From Terrimicrobiaceae bacterium (GTDB taxonomy: Bacteria; Verrucomicrobiota; Verrucomicrobiia; Chthoniobacterales; Terrimicrobiaceae): DNA of 64,000 nt. Under the pieces are notes generated by a model, which saw only the letters and a program-made list of their open reading frames with translations, made no database searches and was not told the origin of the DNA. Position 1 is the first letter of the stretch; every line of letters starts with the position of its first letter. Of the stretch, positions 37,387-47,078 are shown in pieces. The position numbers were made by a program, and so were the translations under genes. The DNA is taken from assembly GCA_044342325.1 (NCBI GenBank), contig JBIIPZ010000010.1, forward strand, positions 1 through 64,000, read 5' to 3'.

Positions 37387-37656
37387 TCAATCGGCGATCT
37401 GGCATGTGGATGGCAGGTCGCGGAAGGAGGTGAATCGGGGCCCGCCAGGCGTGCGCGGTTGGTGAAGCACCCGCTCCAACGAGTTTTCGGCAATGAGGAA
37501 ATCATCCACGAAGAGCTGGAGCCCCAGATCGATCGGGATGACTGATGGCGGGCTCTCAAGGTATGGCGCCGGCATCGAAGCGTCCGACGCGGGCTCTATC
37601 CCGCGAGGCGGCCACTCCTCCGGCAGATGGATTCCATTGGGTAAGGTCGAGGCCAC
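37387..37656 (-). pseudogene. N-terminal stub of a GH32/GH43-like beta-propeller hydrolase
   Basis: TLPNGIHLPEEWPPR..MPAPYLESPPSVIPIDLGLQLFVDDFLI..LERVLHQP is the kind of N-terminus seen on much longer PVC-group proteins. Similarity ends abruptly after about 65 aa. Confidence 0.6.
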
Positions 37657-37681
37657 GGAGATCGTTAACCGTTTTTTGCAA

Positions 37682-40600
37682 TCACGGGTTCACCTGCACC
37701 TCATCCCACTCGGCGGGTTCGAGGCGGCTTTCGTTCGGGACATCCTTGAGGACATTGGACGAGAAGCTCCGGTTCTTGAGATAGGCACGGGCCATTGCCG
37801 AGGTGCCAACCTCGTTGCCGAAGATGTAGCCGAGATCCATGCGAACCGGCGTGCCGGCTTTGAGAGTCACACCAAGCAACTCGAGCGGAATGGTCGCGAC
37901 GGCGGTGAATCCAGACGGCGTCTTCGTGTATTTCAGTTCGACGCCCTGGACGATATTGATCTCGTCGAACGACTCCTTGCCAGTCGGCGAGGTGAGCACG
38001 ATCGATTCGCCGCTGAATCCTTTGACCTTCGGGCGGAAGAGAACGGCGTAGGTCGCAGGCTTCTTGCCATCGGCTCCGGGTTGGCGGGTCACGAGCAGGC
38101 GGACATCGCCTGCTGCGGGTGTCTTGCGGGCCGGGTCGGCGGAAGGGTCGGCGGCGATCTGGATGTCGAGGCAGTTGCCCGCCTTGAAGAGGAGCTTCGG
38201 CTCGGTGTTCGCATTGAGCAACTCGGCGGGCGAGGTCACCTCGTAGCTGACATAGAGGTTTTTTTCGTCATAAGCCGCGGCAGCCTTGAATCCCCTGGCG
38301 CCATCGACATCGCGCGGGATCAATGCCGCATTTTTCAGGGAATCCAGGCCCTTGGTGAGGACGAGCTTCTGCGACGAGGAGTTCTTGGCGTTGAAATCGG
38401 CGATCGCATCGGAAGCGATTTTGGCCTCCTCCTCGCCCAGAGTGAACTTCCACTCTGGCAGCGGCTGAATGGTATCAAGCCCGAGAACCTCGGTGACGCG
38501 GGAATCCTGGCCTCCGGCCAGAATGAAGGTGCGCGGCGCGGTGCCGGGCTTGGTCACCAAGCGGACCATGGAGCCGCCTTGCCCTTCGGGTTGGTGCATT
38601 TCCATATCGGAGTCGGCGGCGGTGCGACCGTCCTTGCCGATGGCGGCGGCATAAATGCCGTTGCGCAGGAAGAGGTGGCAGACGCCGAAGTAGGTCATGT
38701 TGCCGAAGACATCACCTGCCACACCGAGGGCGCCCGTGGTCCCCCAGAGGCGACCGGCCCGGACGGGCGGGAGGCCGAGGGATTTGTTCCACTGCTCCAC
38801 AAACGGGTAGCCCCATTCCATCTTGCCTTCGGGGCTCCACTTGGCAAGCGAGGGCGTCTTGCCGTTCGCGAGGGTGTAGATCGAGCCCTCCGGATCCAGC
38901 CAGAGGTAGCCGACTCCAGCCGCCGTGCCGGTAAGGAAGGTCGCCTCAAGTTTGGAGGCATCGTAAACCGGTTGGCCATTGGCCTGGATGCTGACCGGCT
39001 TGAGCTTGTGCCCCCCGTTGAGCCATATTGTCAGATCGGCGGAGATGTCCCTGATAGTTAGGCGGTTCTTCCACTTCTTATCCAAAGGCTGGAATTCCTC
39101 GGGTTGGATCCGTTGGTCCTCATTGAGGTCTTGCCAGAGATAGTTGCCGTCTGGGAGCTTGGTGGCATCGCCAAAATCTTTCCATTCAACCTCCTTGCGA
39201 TCGACCTTGTAGACGGCCAGGAACGGTTTGAAGAGATCGCCCTCGCGACGATAAAACGCCGAGGCGCGGCTGGGATCCACGAGGCCCCAGCCGTATTGGC
39301 GCTTCTCCTTGGTGGTGAACATCCTGAAGCCCTGCGGATAGGCATGGACATGCGGCTCGCCGACCATATCAGGCAGGGTTTTACGCCAGATCGTCGTGAT
39401 CGGGGTCGTGGTTTTCTTGTCCCAATCGATCTTCCAGAGCACATTGTGGGTGTAAATCTCGTCTGGAACCGCAGGGTCTATGGTGGCGTAGCCGAAGTAG
39501 CTGCTGCTTCCGAAGAATTCCTTCTCGAATGCTCCGGTGCCAGCATTCCACACGCTGATGCGCTTCGGTCCGTCGGCCTCCTCGGCCACCCAGAGGCGGC
39601 CCTGTGCATCGATGGCAATGCCGTCCGGCATGAACATTCCTTTGGCATCGAAGCGCCCCTTCGCAGGACGACCGCCCGACTTGCCGATACTGCGGAGGAA
39701 CTTGCCCGAGGCGTCATACACAGTCACATCGTTTCGGTTCCCCTGGTTGCTGACATAGATGAGTCCCTTGGCATCGACGGCGATGCCCGAGGGAGTATCA
39801 AGATTCTTGTCGCCCAGCGGCGTCGCCTTGCCATCCTTCACGGCCACGAGTTTTCCGTCACTGATACCGACGAGCGAGCCATCGGGGCGTGCGGCCAGGA
39901 CGCCGGGTTTCGGAATCTCCCACTGCGCCTCGGGCTTGCCGGTCGTGCTGTCAAAGACGCCGATCAGGTTGCGTGCCCCGTAGCTGACGAAGAGTTTACC
40001 GTTGGCACAGGCGATGCCGGTGACCTTGTTGCTTTCCTTGTCGCCGCCTTCGGGGGCTTTCACTTCCGACTCGCCACCGAAATCAAGCGGACGGCCATCG
40101 GCCAGGTCAAAAGCTTTGATGCCCTCCGAAGACTGGAAGCCTGCCGGCTCGAAGAGAAAAAAACGCTTGCCGTCATTGGCAATGTAAGTCGCGGTGTTTT
40201 TGATTCCCCATTGCTTGCGCCCCTCGGCATCGACCCGGATGACGCCCCAGCCATACTCGGCGCCTTCCCATGCGAGTAGCATCCCGCCGTCCACCGCCGA
40301 GCAACCCGTCGGCGGACCGTGATCCCCTCCCCAGCCGCCCTTGTTGTCGGCCGTCGGATACGGAGGCACTCCGGCGTTATGCACAGAGAACTGGAACTCT
40401 CCCTTGATCGGATCGTGGATGATCCCCTTCACCGTGTAGGTTCCGGGCAGGATAGGCTTAGCGTTGTCATCCATGCCATCCCACTCCTCGGTGTTCTGGC
40501 CCTTGCTGCGGGCGGCCTGCGCGACCATCGTGCGTCGAATCAGGTTCTGGTCATCAAAAAGCTGAATGGTCACCTCGCCGTCCCGTGGCAACTCGTAGGT

Positions 40601-41488
40601 GAACTTCAGCGGATTTGGCTTGGCCTGCGGCACGCCTGCTTCGACGAGTTCCTTGGCCACCTGGCCATTTTCCGAGAAAATGATTTTTCCCCAGACCCCG
40701 GTGTTTTGATAAACAAAGCCCGGCCCGCTCATCACATCATAGGCCCAGGCAGCGCCGCCGCCTGTCTTCAGCCCGTCTGGCCGTCCCCAGTTGAACTGCA
40801 CCGTTCCGGCCACGATGTTGCCGCCCTTGAGCGGAGCCTTGGCACCAAGTGTGCTCCAGGGAATGCGGTATTCGAAGGTGTATCCCTTCCCGTCCGCCAT
40901 CTTTGTATACTTGCCCTTGTAAAGGTCGTTCGGAATGACTCCAAACGGAGCCCATTCCGGACGCGGCGTGCGGTAGGTCATGCCTAGTTGCATGGCGATG
41001 CACGCCTCGTCGCGGTCGGTGTAGTGCCAGAGCGTAAGGTGGACGATATCGTCGCGCGTGTCCTGCTGCGTATTCTTGGGATCCTTGTATTGAAAGGTTG
41101 TTTGCTGGATGGGATACGGTTGGGCGGGATCCACCGTGAGACGGAACTGGCACGAATCGGCATCCCAGCCCCGGTTTCCGTTCGCTTTGGGGTCCTGACG
41201 ATTCATCATCGGCGAAGTGTCGCGCACCTCGGCGGCGAGGTAGAGCGCCTCACTGTCATACATGAGGGCAAATTTCGCACCCTGGGAATCCTTCCCGTCC
41301 GCCACCACGAACATGTCGATCTCGCCGGAGAGATCCCAATCGTCGAGCTTGCCATCAAGCTCGACCTTGCCGGGAGTAGGCACGGCATAAAGTTGCTTGT
41401 GGCGGCCCAGCCCGGTTTCCTGGGCGTGGAGCGTGACGAGGGATTGAACGGCGAGGAGGGCGGTTGTGAGGAGGTATCGGAGTTTCAT
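37682..41488 (-). CDS. Large secreted protein: CBM9-like + FlgD-Ig + NHL beta-propeller + CBM9-like
   Basis: Signal peptide; LDGKLDDW..GYTFEYRIPW; WDGMDDNAKPILPGTY; GGWGGDHG; PSGIAVDAKGLIYV. Paralogue of 8321..12406 and 43277..47005. Confidence 0.8.
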   Translation of the reverse strand: MKLRYLLTTALLAVQSLVTLHAQETGLGRHKQLYAVPTPGKVELDGKLDDWDLSGEIDMFVVADGKDSQGAKFALMYDSEALYLAAEVRDTSPMMNRQDPKANGNRGWDADSCQFRLTVDPAQPYPIQQTTFQYKDPKNTQQDTRDDIVHLTLWHYTDRDEACIAMQLGMTYRTPRPEWAPFGVIPNDLYKGKYTKMADGKGYTFEYRIPWSTLGAKAPLKGGNIVAGTVQFNWGRPDGLKTGGGAAWAYDVMSGPGFVYQNTGVWGKIIFSENGQVAKELVEAGVPQAKPNPLKFTYELPRDGEVTIQLFDDQNLIRRTMVAQAARSKGQNTEEWDGMDDNAKPILPGTYTVKGIIHDPIKGEFQFSVHNAGVPPYPTADNKGGWGGDHGPPTGCSAVDGGMLLAWEGAEYGWGVIRVDAEGRKQWGIKNTATYIANDGKRFFLFEPAGFQSSEGIKAFDLADGRPLDFGGESEVKAPEGGDKESNKVTGIACANGKLFVSYGARNLIGVFDSTTGKPEAQWEIPKPGVLAARPDGSLVGISDGKLVAVKDGKATPLGDKNLDTPSGIAVDAKGLIYVSNQGNRNDVTVYDASGKFLRSIGKSGGRPAKGRFDAKGMFMPDGIAIDAQGRLWVAEEADGPKRISVWNAGTGAFEKEFFGSSSYFGYATIDPAVPDEIYTHNVLWKIDWDKKTTTPITTIWRKTLPDMVGEPHVHAYPQGFRMFTTKEKRQYGWGLVDPSRASAFYRREGDLFKPFLAVYKVDRKEVEWKDFGDATKLPDGNYLWQDLNEDQRIQPEEFQPLDKKWKNRLTIRDISADLTIWLNGGHKLKPVSIQANGQPVYDASKLEATFLTGTAAGVGYLWLDPEGSIYTLANGKTPSLAKWSPEGKMEWGYPFVEQWNKSLGLPPVRAGRLWGTTGALGVAGDVFGNMTYFGVCHLFLRNGIYAAAIGKDGRTAADSDMEMHQPEGQGGSMVRLVTKPGTAPRTFILAGGQDSRVTEVLGLDTIQPLPEWKFTLGEEEAKIASDAIADFNAKNSSSQKLVLTKGLDSLKNAALIPRDVDGARGFKAAAAYDEKNLYVSYEVTSPAELLNANTEPKLLFKAGNCLDIQIAADPSADPARKTPAAGDVRLLVTRQPGADGKKPATYAVLFRPKVKGFSGESIVLTSPTGKESFDEINIVQGVELKYTKTPSGFTAVATIPLELLGVTLKAGTPVRMDLGYIFGNEVGTSAMARAYLKNRSFSSNVLKDVPNESRLEPAEWDEVQVNP

Positions 41489-41586
41489 AAGGTTGTGTAT
41501 GACTGGATGGCGAGCCCGCTGATTTCAAAACTTCCGGCGCAATACGGCTGAAGGCCGCCTGACTTAGGAACCAACGAGAAGGTGAG
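41481..41586. repeat. 106-bp direct repeat, copy 2: orphan 3' tail of the 36824..37375 gene
   Basis: Minus strand reads LTFSLVPKSGGLQPYCAGSFEISGLAIQSYTTL*, beginning 2 nt after the upstream stop. Confidence 0.92.
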
Positions 41587-41588
41587 TT

Positions 41589-43239
41589 TTATTTTACGGA
41601 TTCAGATTTCGTGGAGTAGCGGAGGTCGTCTAGGCTGTCGCCATCAATTCCAAGGAGGTTGGCGGCAAACTGCCATTGCCAGTTACAGTGGTTGGACTTG
41701 ATGACGAGGGTATTTTCCCCTTTTTTCAAAACGGCATCCACAACGACCTTGCGGTTTTCTTTGAGCTGGGGATCCTGCGTCAAATCCTTTTCATAAATCA
41801 GGTTACCATTGAGCCAGACGCCGAGATGAATACGGGCCGCAAGGCCTTTGGTGGTGAGTTCGAGCTTCACAGGGCGTTCGCGGTCACTGTGAATCCATCT
41901 CGCTGCATAGCCGCCTTCGAAGGTCACCCCATTCGAGATAGCAGCATAGTCGATGCTCCCCGGGTCTGCTCCACCGGTGAGATTCACGCTTGGGTAGAGC
42001 TTACGCCAGGTCAGGATGGTGTTTTTGCCGCAATCGATCGGGGCGGTGAAGTCACCTCCCTTTACAATAACTTCATCCACAGGTGAAACAGAAGCCTTGG
42101 AATCAAATTCCAGCGGAGACTGTTTCCATGGTTGAACTAATCCGGCGGCCACGAGCCATGGTGCGGAAATGGAAACCTCGCTTTGTCGAACCTCTTCTCC
42201 GCTGCGGCCTTCGAGTTTGAGGAGGTTCCTCAACTTGGTAGGCTTTCCCTTGACGATGAAGCTCCCGCTTGTGCCCTGACTTTGATCAGGCGTCGCGCTC
42301 CAACCTTCGGGAAGGGAGATTTTCACCGTCGGGCTTGACGCAGGCTGGCCCGGCTTTTTCGCCCACCAATAGCGGATCAGGTAGGAATCGGGTTCATCCA
42401 GCACCTGGACATCGTAGGAGAGCCCATTGGCTTTTTCGGTGGCCTTAAGAAGAGCGGGTTTGATGCGTTGTTCCAGAAGCACATTGGCAGCCTCCTCCTC
42501 GCCAAGACCGCGAAGCATTCCGACGGCCACGGCTTGGTTACCGATAGCGTCGGGATGAATGTAATCGCGCGTGATGTGATACTCGGGTGAGAGTTCACGC
42601 CCCATGGCCAACACCTCCCAGCAGGCTTGACTCGTCGGCGCCACCACCGCCCCCATCTCTTTGGCGAGTGCTTTCAAACGCTCATTCATCCGATGGATTT
42701 GCTGGTTTTTAAATGTCGAAGGATCCTCGGTGAACATCGTTACAGAGCCAAAAACAACGGCTTTGGGTTTCGCCCTTTCCATGAGTGATTCCACAAGTTT
42801 GCGATAACTTCCGATCCACTTGTCGAGATCCTCATCGGTGCCGCCGATATAGGGAGCAAGGACATCATTCATGCCAAGCATCACAACCAGCACATCCGCC
42901 GGTTGGTTCAGATTCGCCTGCACACCGACATTCTTGACATCCAGAAAAGCCTCGGCCGTGCGGCTTTTGTTTTCGCAAGCAATCCAATTTCCGACCCCCC
43001 ATGCCACTTCCTCCAAGCGCAACCAATTGGGGCGTAGCCTCCGGATACACCTGCTTCAGAGCCCACTCCATCTGAAAGCAATACCCAGCCCCAAGCCACC
43101 CCCCTCCTTGACCGGTGATGCTATCGCCGACAAACACCACCCGCCCGTTGCCGTTCTGCAGTATCGGTTTGAAATCTGCTCGGACGAGCGCGGTGAAAAG
43201 TAAAAAAAGAACTGCAAATAGTGAGATATTTTTTTTCAT
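41589..43239 (-). pseudogene. Secreted SGNH/GDSL esterase split by a +1 frameshift in a G6 run (42995-43000)
   Basis: Signal peptide and VFVGDSIT..GGSG lie in one frame, LGMND and DYIHP in another. Removing one G gives continuous GGSGMGVGNWI. Confidence 0.8.
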
Positions 43240-43276
43240 ATGCTTAGAAGCGTTCAATTTTGGGTGTTCAAGGCAT

Positions 43277-46200
43277 TCACTCCACCGCCGCCTCGCCCCA
43301 TTCCTTGGGTTCGAGACGCGCTTCGTTCGGGATGTCGTCGATGACATTTGCCGAGAAGCTATTATTGGAGAGGTAGGCGCGGCGCACCGCCTTGCCGACG
43401 CCCTGGGCGTTGCCGAAGATGTAACCGAGGTCCATCTTGAGCTTCTGGCCCGGCTCGAGCTTCAGCCGCAAGACCTCCAGTGGGATCGAGAGTTTCGCTT
43501 GGAAGCCTTTGTCCGTCTTCTCAATGGTGAGGGGGACATCCTCCAAGAAGCGGATTTCGTCGAAACTCTCCTTGCCGGTCGGCGAGTTGAAGACCATCGG
43601 CTCGCCCTTGAAGTCCTTCACCTTCGGGAAGTAGACGGTCGCGAGCGGCTTGCCCTGATGCTGCGTCACGAGCACCCTCACCGGCTCGCCAAGGTTGTTC
43701 TCCAGCTGGATATCGAGGCAGTTGCCGCCTTTGAAAAGCAGCTTCGGGTCCGGCACGGTGTTGAGCAGCGGCGTTGGTGAGGTGACATCGTATTCGATAA
43801 GCAGGTTCTTGTCGTCACGGGCCAACTTCGTCTTGAAGCCCCAGCCGTTTTCCAACTCCTTCTGCACAGTCTTGGCGGCCGCAAGGTCCTTGCCGATCAC
43901 GATCCGGTTGCCGGCTGCGATCGCCATCTTGTATTCCCGCTGCGCCTGCTCGGCCTTTGCGGCCAACTCCGGGGTGTGCACATAGGTGCCGCCGGGCAGA
44001 TCCTTGATCGTGTCCAGACCGATCACTTCCCACACGCGGGCATCCTGCCCTCCGCCGATTGCGAAGTAGCGCTCCTTGCCCTCGATATTGAGCTTGCCGA
44101 AATAGCCACCCTGCCCTTCCGGCTGCCCCTCATCCTGGCCGCGGTTGAGCATGAGGCGGCCATCTTTGAGCAGCGCCCCCACATACATGCCGTCGGTGCG
44201 GAAGATATGGTTGGGGCCGAAGTAGGTCTGGAAAACAAGGAAGTCGCCGCCCTTGCCCATGCACTTGGTCATGCCCCAGAGCCTGCCGGGTCCGGTGACA
44301 CCCAGGTTCAACGCACCATGCCACTGTTTGATGCCACTGTAGCCCCAGAGCGGATTGCCATCCTTGGCGAAGCGATTCAACCGACCCGCATCAATGTTGT
44401 AACTGACGATGCCGCCGTCTTCCATTGGAATGGCGCTATAACCGACAGGCATCGGGTATTTCTCCGCCTTGGCGAGATCGTATTTCGGGATGCCGTTCTC
44501 CACGCTCACCGGCTTGAGCAGGTAGCCATTGCTGAGCAGCACGGAAAGATCAGGGAAGACATTGGCGATATTGAACCGCTCGAGCTTCGTGCCCTTGAGC
44601 GGAACGACCTCCTCCGGCTGCACGCAGAAGTCGCCGTTCTGATCCTGCCAAAAATACTCGCCCTGCGGGTATTTCGCCCGGTCGTCATCCATGAACGGGA
44701 TACCGGCCGGTCCAATGTAGGCGTAGCCGACATGGATCATGCTCATGGTCGGCTTGAAAAGGTCACCGTCGCGGTAGAACAGCCCCGAAAAGTGAGCGTA
44801 TTTGTTGCCGTAGAGATATTGGCGGCCGTTGGCAGCGGTGAGGATCCGTGAGTTCCCATCATGGGCCCCGGCCCCCAATGCGGGCACCATGTCCGGCGAT
44901 GTCTTCCGCCAGATCGTGGTCTCGGGCGTGACCTTGTAGTTCTTCCAATCGATCTTCCAGAGCACATTGTGCACGAGCACCTCGTCAGGCTTCGCTGGGT
45001 CGATGCAGCCGTAGGCGAAATAGTCGCTGCCGCCAAAAAACTCCTTTTTGAAGGCTCCGGTCTTCGCGTCCCAAACGCTGATCCGCTTCGGGGAGTCGGT
45101 GGTTTCCGGCACCCAGAGCTGGCCAGTCTTGTCCACCGTGATTCCACCGGGCATATAGATGCCGAGTGGGTCATACTGGCCCTTCGCGGGCCGTCCGCTC
45201 TCCTTGCCGATGCTGCGGAGGTATTTTCCGGTCGCATCGAAGACCGACACATTCATGAGCTTCCCGGCATTGGCCACGAAGATCATGTTCTCAAACGCGG
45301 CGATGGCGGCGGGCTTGTCGAGGTTCTCCACAATCGTCAAAACCGGCTTGCCATCCTTCAACACGAGAACCTTTCCTTCACTGATCACGGCCAAAGAGCC
45401 GTCGGAGAGCACGGCGAGCCGCTCGGGCGAGGGTGCCGCCCAGGTCCCGAGCAGGCCTCCGGTCTTCGGATCAAAACGCCCGATCAGGTTGCGGGCCTTG
45501 TAGCTGGCGAAGAGCGTTTTGCCGTCGCAGGCGAGTCCGGTGACAATATTTGCTTTGTCGTCGCCGCCGGGGGGCGCTGCGATCTCATTCTTGCCTCCAA
45601 GCTGGATCGGTCGCGCCTCCTTGGCAGTCATCAGCTGGATGTTTAGACTCTTCGTAAATCCATGACCTCCAGCCGAGAATACCGTTATACCGTCCGTCGC
45701 CAAATAGGTGGCATCGAAGTTGCACCCCCACTGCTTCTTGCCGTCGAAATCGGTGCGGATCACGCCCCATCCGTATTCGCTGCTATCCCAGGCCAGGAGC
45801 ACGCCATCGTTGAAGGCAAAGGCGGCCCGAGGCATGCCGTGGTCGGCACCCCAGCCTCCTTTGCCGTCAACGGTCGGATACGCCGGCTGGCCGGAGTTGT
45901 GGACGCTGAAGCGATACTCAGCCTTCACCGGCTTGTGGTAGATGCCCCGCCAGGTATAGTTTCCTGCTGGGAGCAGATTGCCGTTGTCGTCGCAGCCGTC
46001 CCACCGCTCGGTATTCGTCCCACCGAGCCTCTCCTGCTGCGGCACGAGGATGCGGACGTTTTCGTTCTTCTCGTTGAAGAGTTGGATCGTGGTCTCACTG
46101 TCCTCGGGCAGCGTGTAAGTGAAGTCGAGCGGCAGTGGCCGGTCGGGCGGCACACCCTCCAGAACGAGCTTGCGATCTACCTGGCCCGCCGGAGAGAAGA

Positions 46201-47005
46201 CGAGCTTGCCCCAGCACTTCGTGCTCTGGAAAGGAAAACCAGCCTCGCGCAGGAGGTCATAGGCCCAAGCCGCTCCCCCGGCGGTCATCTGCCCGTCTGG
46301 CTGCGAGTAGTTGAACTGCACCGTGCTCGCCACCACATCCTCGGCTTTGAGCGGTGCCTTGGCATTGAGCGTCTTCCAGGGAATGCGGTATTCGAAGGAG
46401 TAGCCGGTGCCGTCGGGCCGTTTGAGATACTTGGCCTGGAATTGATCCTGCGGCACCAACCCGCGCGGGGCGTTAACTGGCTCGCGGTAGGTCATGCCGA
46501 GCTGCATGGCCATCTGCGGTTCGCCCGTGCCAGTGTAATTCCAAAGCGTGAGGTGGACGATGTCGTCGCGTTTCTCCGTCGGGTCGTTCGTCCCCTTGTA
46601 TTTGAAGGTGCTCTCGTCGAAAATCGGATAGCCGACTGCCGGATCGGTGGTGAGCCGGAACTGGCAGGAATCGGCGTTCCAGCCTTGTCGCGGATCGGTG
46701 CGCGGATCGCGCATGTTCATCATAGGACTCGGGTCATTGACATCCGCGCCAAGGTAGAGCGCTTCGGCGTCATACATGATGGCAAACTTCGCGTTCATTG
46801 TGCCGCGCGTCGCCTGAATGACGAACATCTCGATCTCGCCGGAGAGATCCCAGTCGTCGAGCTTGCCATCGATCGTCACCTTGCCAGGGGTCGGCACGGC
46901 GTAGAGCTGCTTGTGCCTTCCACGCCCGTTGTCTTGGGCGTGAAGCGGGACGCATGTCTGAGCAGCCAAAAGGCTGGTGGCTAAGAGGAGGTATCGGAGT
47001 TTCAT
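43277..47005 (-). CDS. Large secreted protein: CBM9-like + FlgD-Ig + NHL beta-propeller + CBM9-like
   Basis: Close paralogue of 37682..41488 (MKLRYLL, GRHKQLYAVPTPGKV, GGWGADHG, QPEGQGG, MDLGYIFGN). Confidence 0.8.
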   Translation of the reverse strand: MKLRYLLLATSLLAAQTCVPLHAQDNGRGRHKQLYAVPTPGKVTIDGKLDDWDLSGEIEMFVIQATRGTMNAKFAIMYDAEALYLGADVNDPSPMMNMRDPRTDPRQGWNADSCQFRLTTDPAVGYPIFDESTFKYKGTNDPTEKRDDIVHLTLWNYTGTGEPQMAMQLGMTYREPVNAPRGLVPQDQFQAKYLKRPDGTGYSFEYRIPWKTLNAKAPLKAEDVVASTVQFNYSQPDGQMTAGGAAWAYDLLREAGFPFQSTKCWGKLVFSPAGQVDRKLVLEGVPPDRPLPLDFTYTLPEDSETTIQLFNEKNENVRILVPQQERLGGTNTERWDGCDDNGNLLPAGNYTWRGIYHKPVKAEYRFSVHNSGQPAYPTVDGKGGWGADHGMPRAAFAFNDGVLLAWDSSEYGWGVIRTDFDGKKQWGCNFDATYLATDGITVFSAGGHGFTKSLNIQLMTAKEARPIQLGGKNEIAAPPGGDDKANIVTGLACDGKTLFASYKARNLIGRFDPKTGGLLGTWAAPSPERLAVLSDGSLAVISEGKVLVLKDGKPVLTIVENLDKPAAIAAFENMIFVANAGKLMNVSVFDATGKYLRSIGKESGRPAKGQYDPLGIYMPGGITVDKTGQLWVPETTDSPKRISVWDAKTGAFKKEFFGGSDYFAYGCIDPAKPDEVLVHNVLWKIDWKNYKVTPETTIWRKTSPDMVPALGAGAHDGNSRILTAANGRQYLYGNKYAHFSGLFYRDGDLFKPTMSMIHVGYAYIGPAGIPFMDDDRAKYPQGEYFWQDQNGDFCVQPEEVVPLKGTKLERFNIANVFPDLSVLLSNGYLLKPVSVENGIPKYDLAKAEKYPMPVGYSAIPMEDGGIVSYNIDAGRLNRFAKDGNPLWGYSGIKQWHGALNLGVTGPGRLWGMTKCMGKGGDFLVFQTYFGPNHIFRTDGMYVGALLKDGRLMLNRGQDEGQPEGQGGYFGKLNIEGKERYFAIGGGQDARVWEVIGLDTIKDLPGGTYVHTPELAAKAEQAQREYKMAIAAGNRIVIGKDLAAAKTVQKELENGWGFKTKLARDDKNLLIEYDVTSPTPLLNTVPDPKLLFKGGNCLDIQLENNLGEPVRVLVTQHQGKPLATVYFPKVKDFKGEPMVFNSPTGKESFDEIRFLEDVPLTIEKTDKGFQAKLSIPLEVLRLKLEPGQKLKMDLGYIFGNAQGVGKAVRRAYLSNNSFSANVIDDIPNEARLEPKEWGEAAVE

Positions 47006-47078
47006 CGGGTTTTTAAGGGTGAGTGTTTGTTGGATGTGATTGTGGGTTTGGACGCGTTGGGTGTTAAAAATTTGGAGT

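Noticed and set aside
14835..41586. Duplicated gene tails as diversity-generating retroelement TR/VR pairs
   Set aside because: The mismatches are not adenine-specific, those in the 14835 pair are mostly synonymous, and there is no reverse transcriptase in the window.
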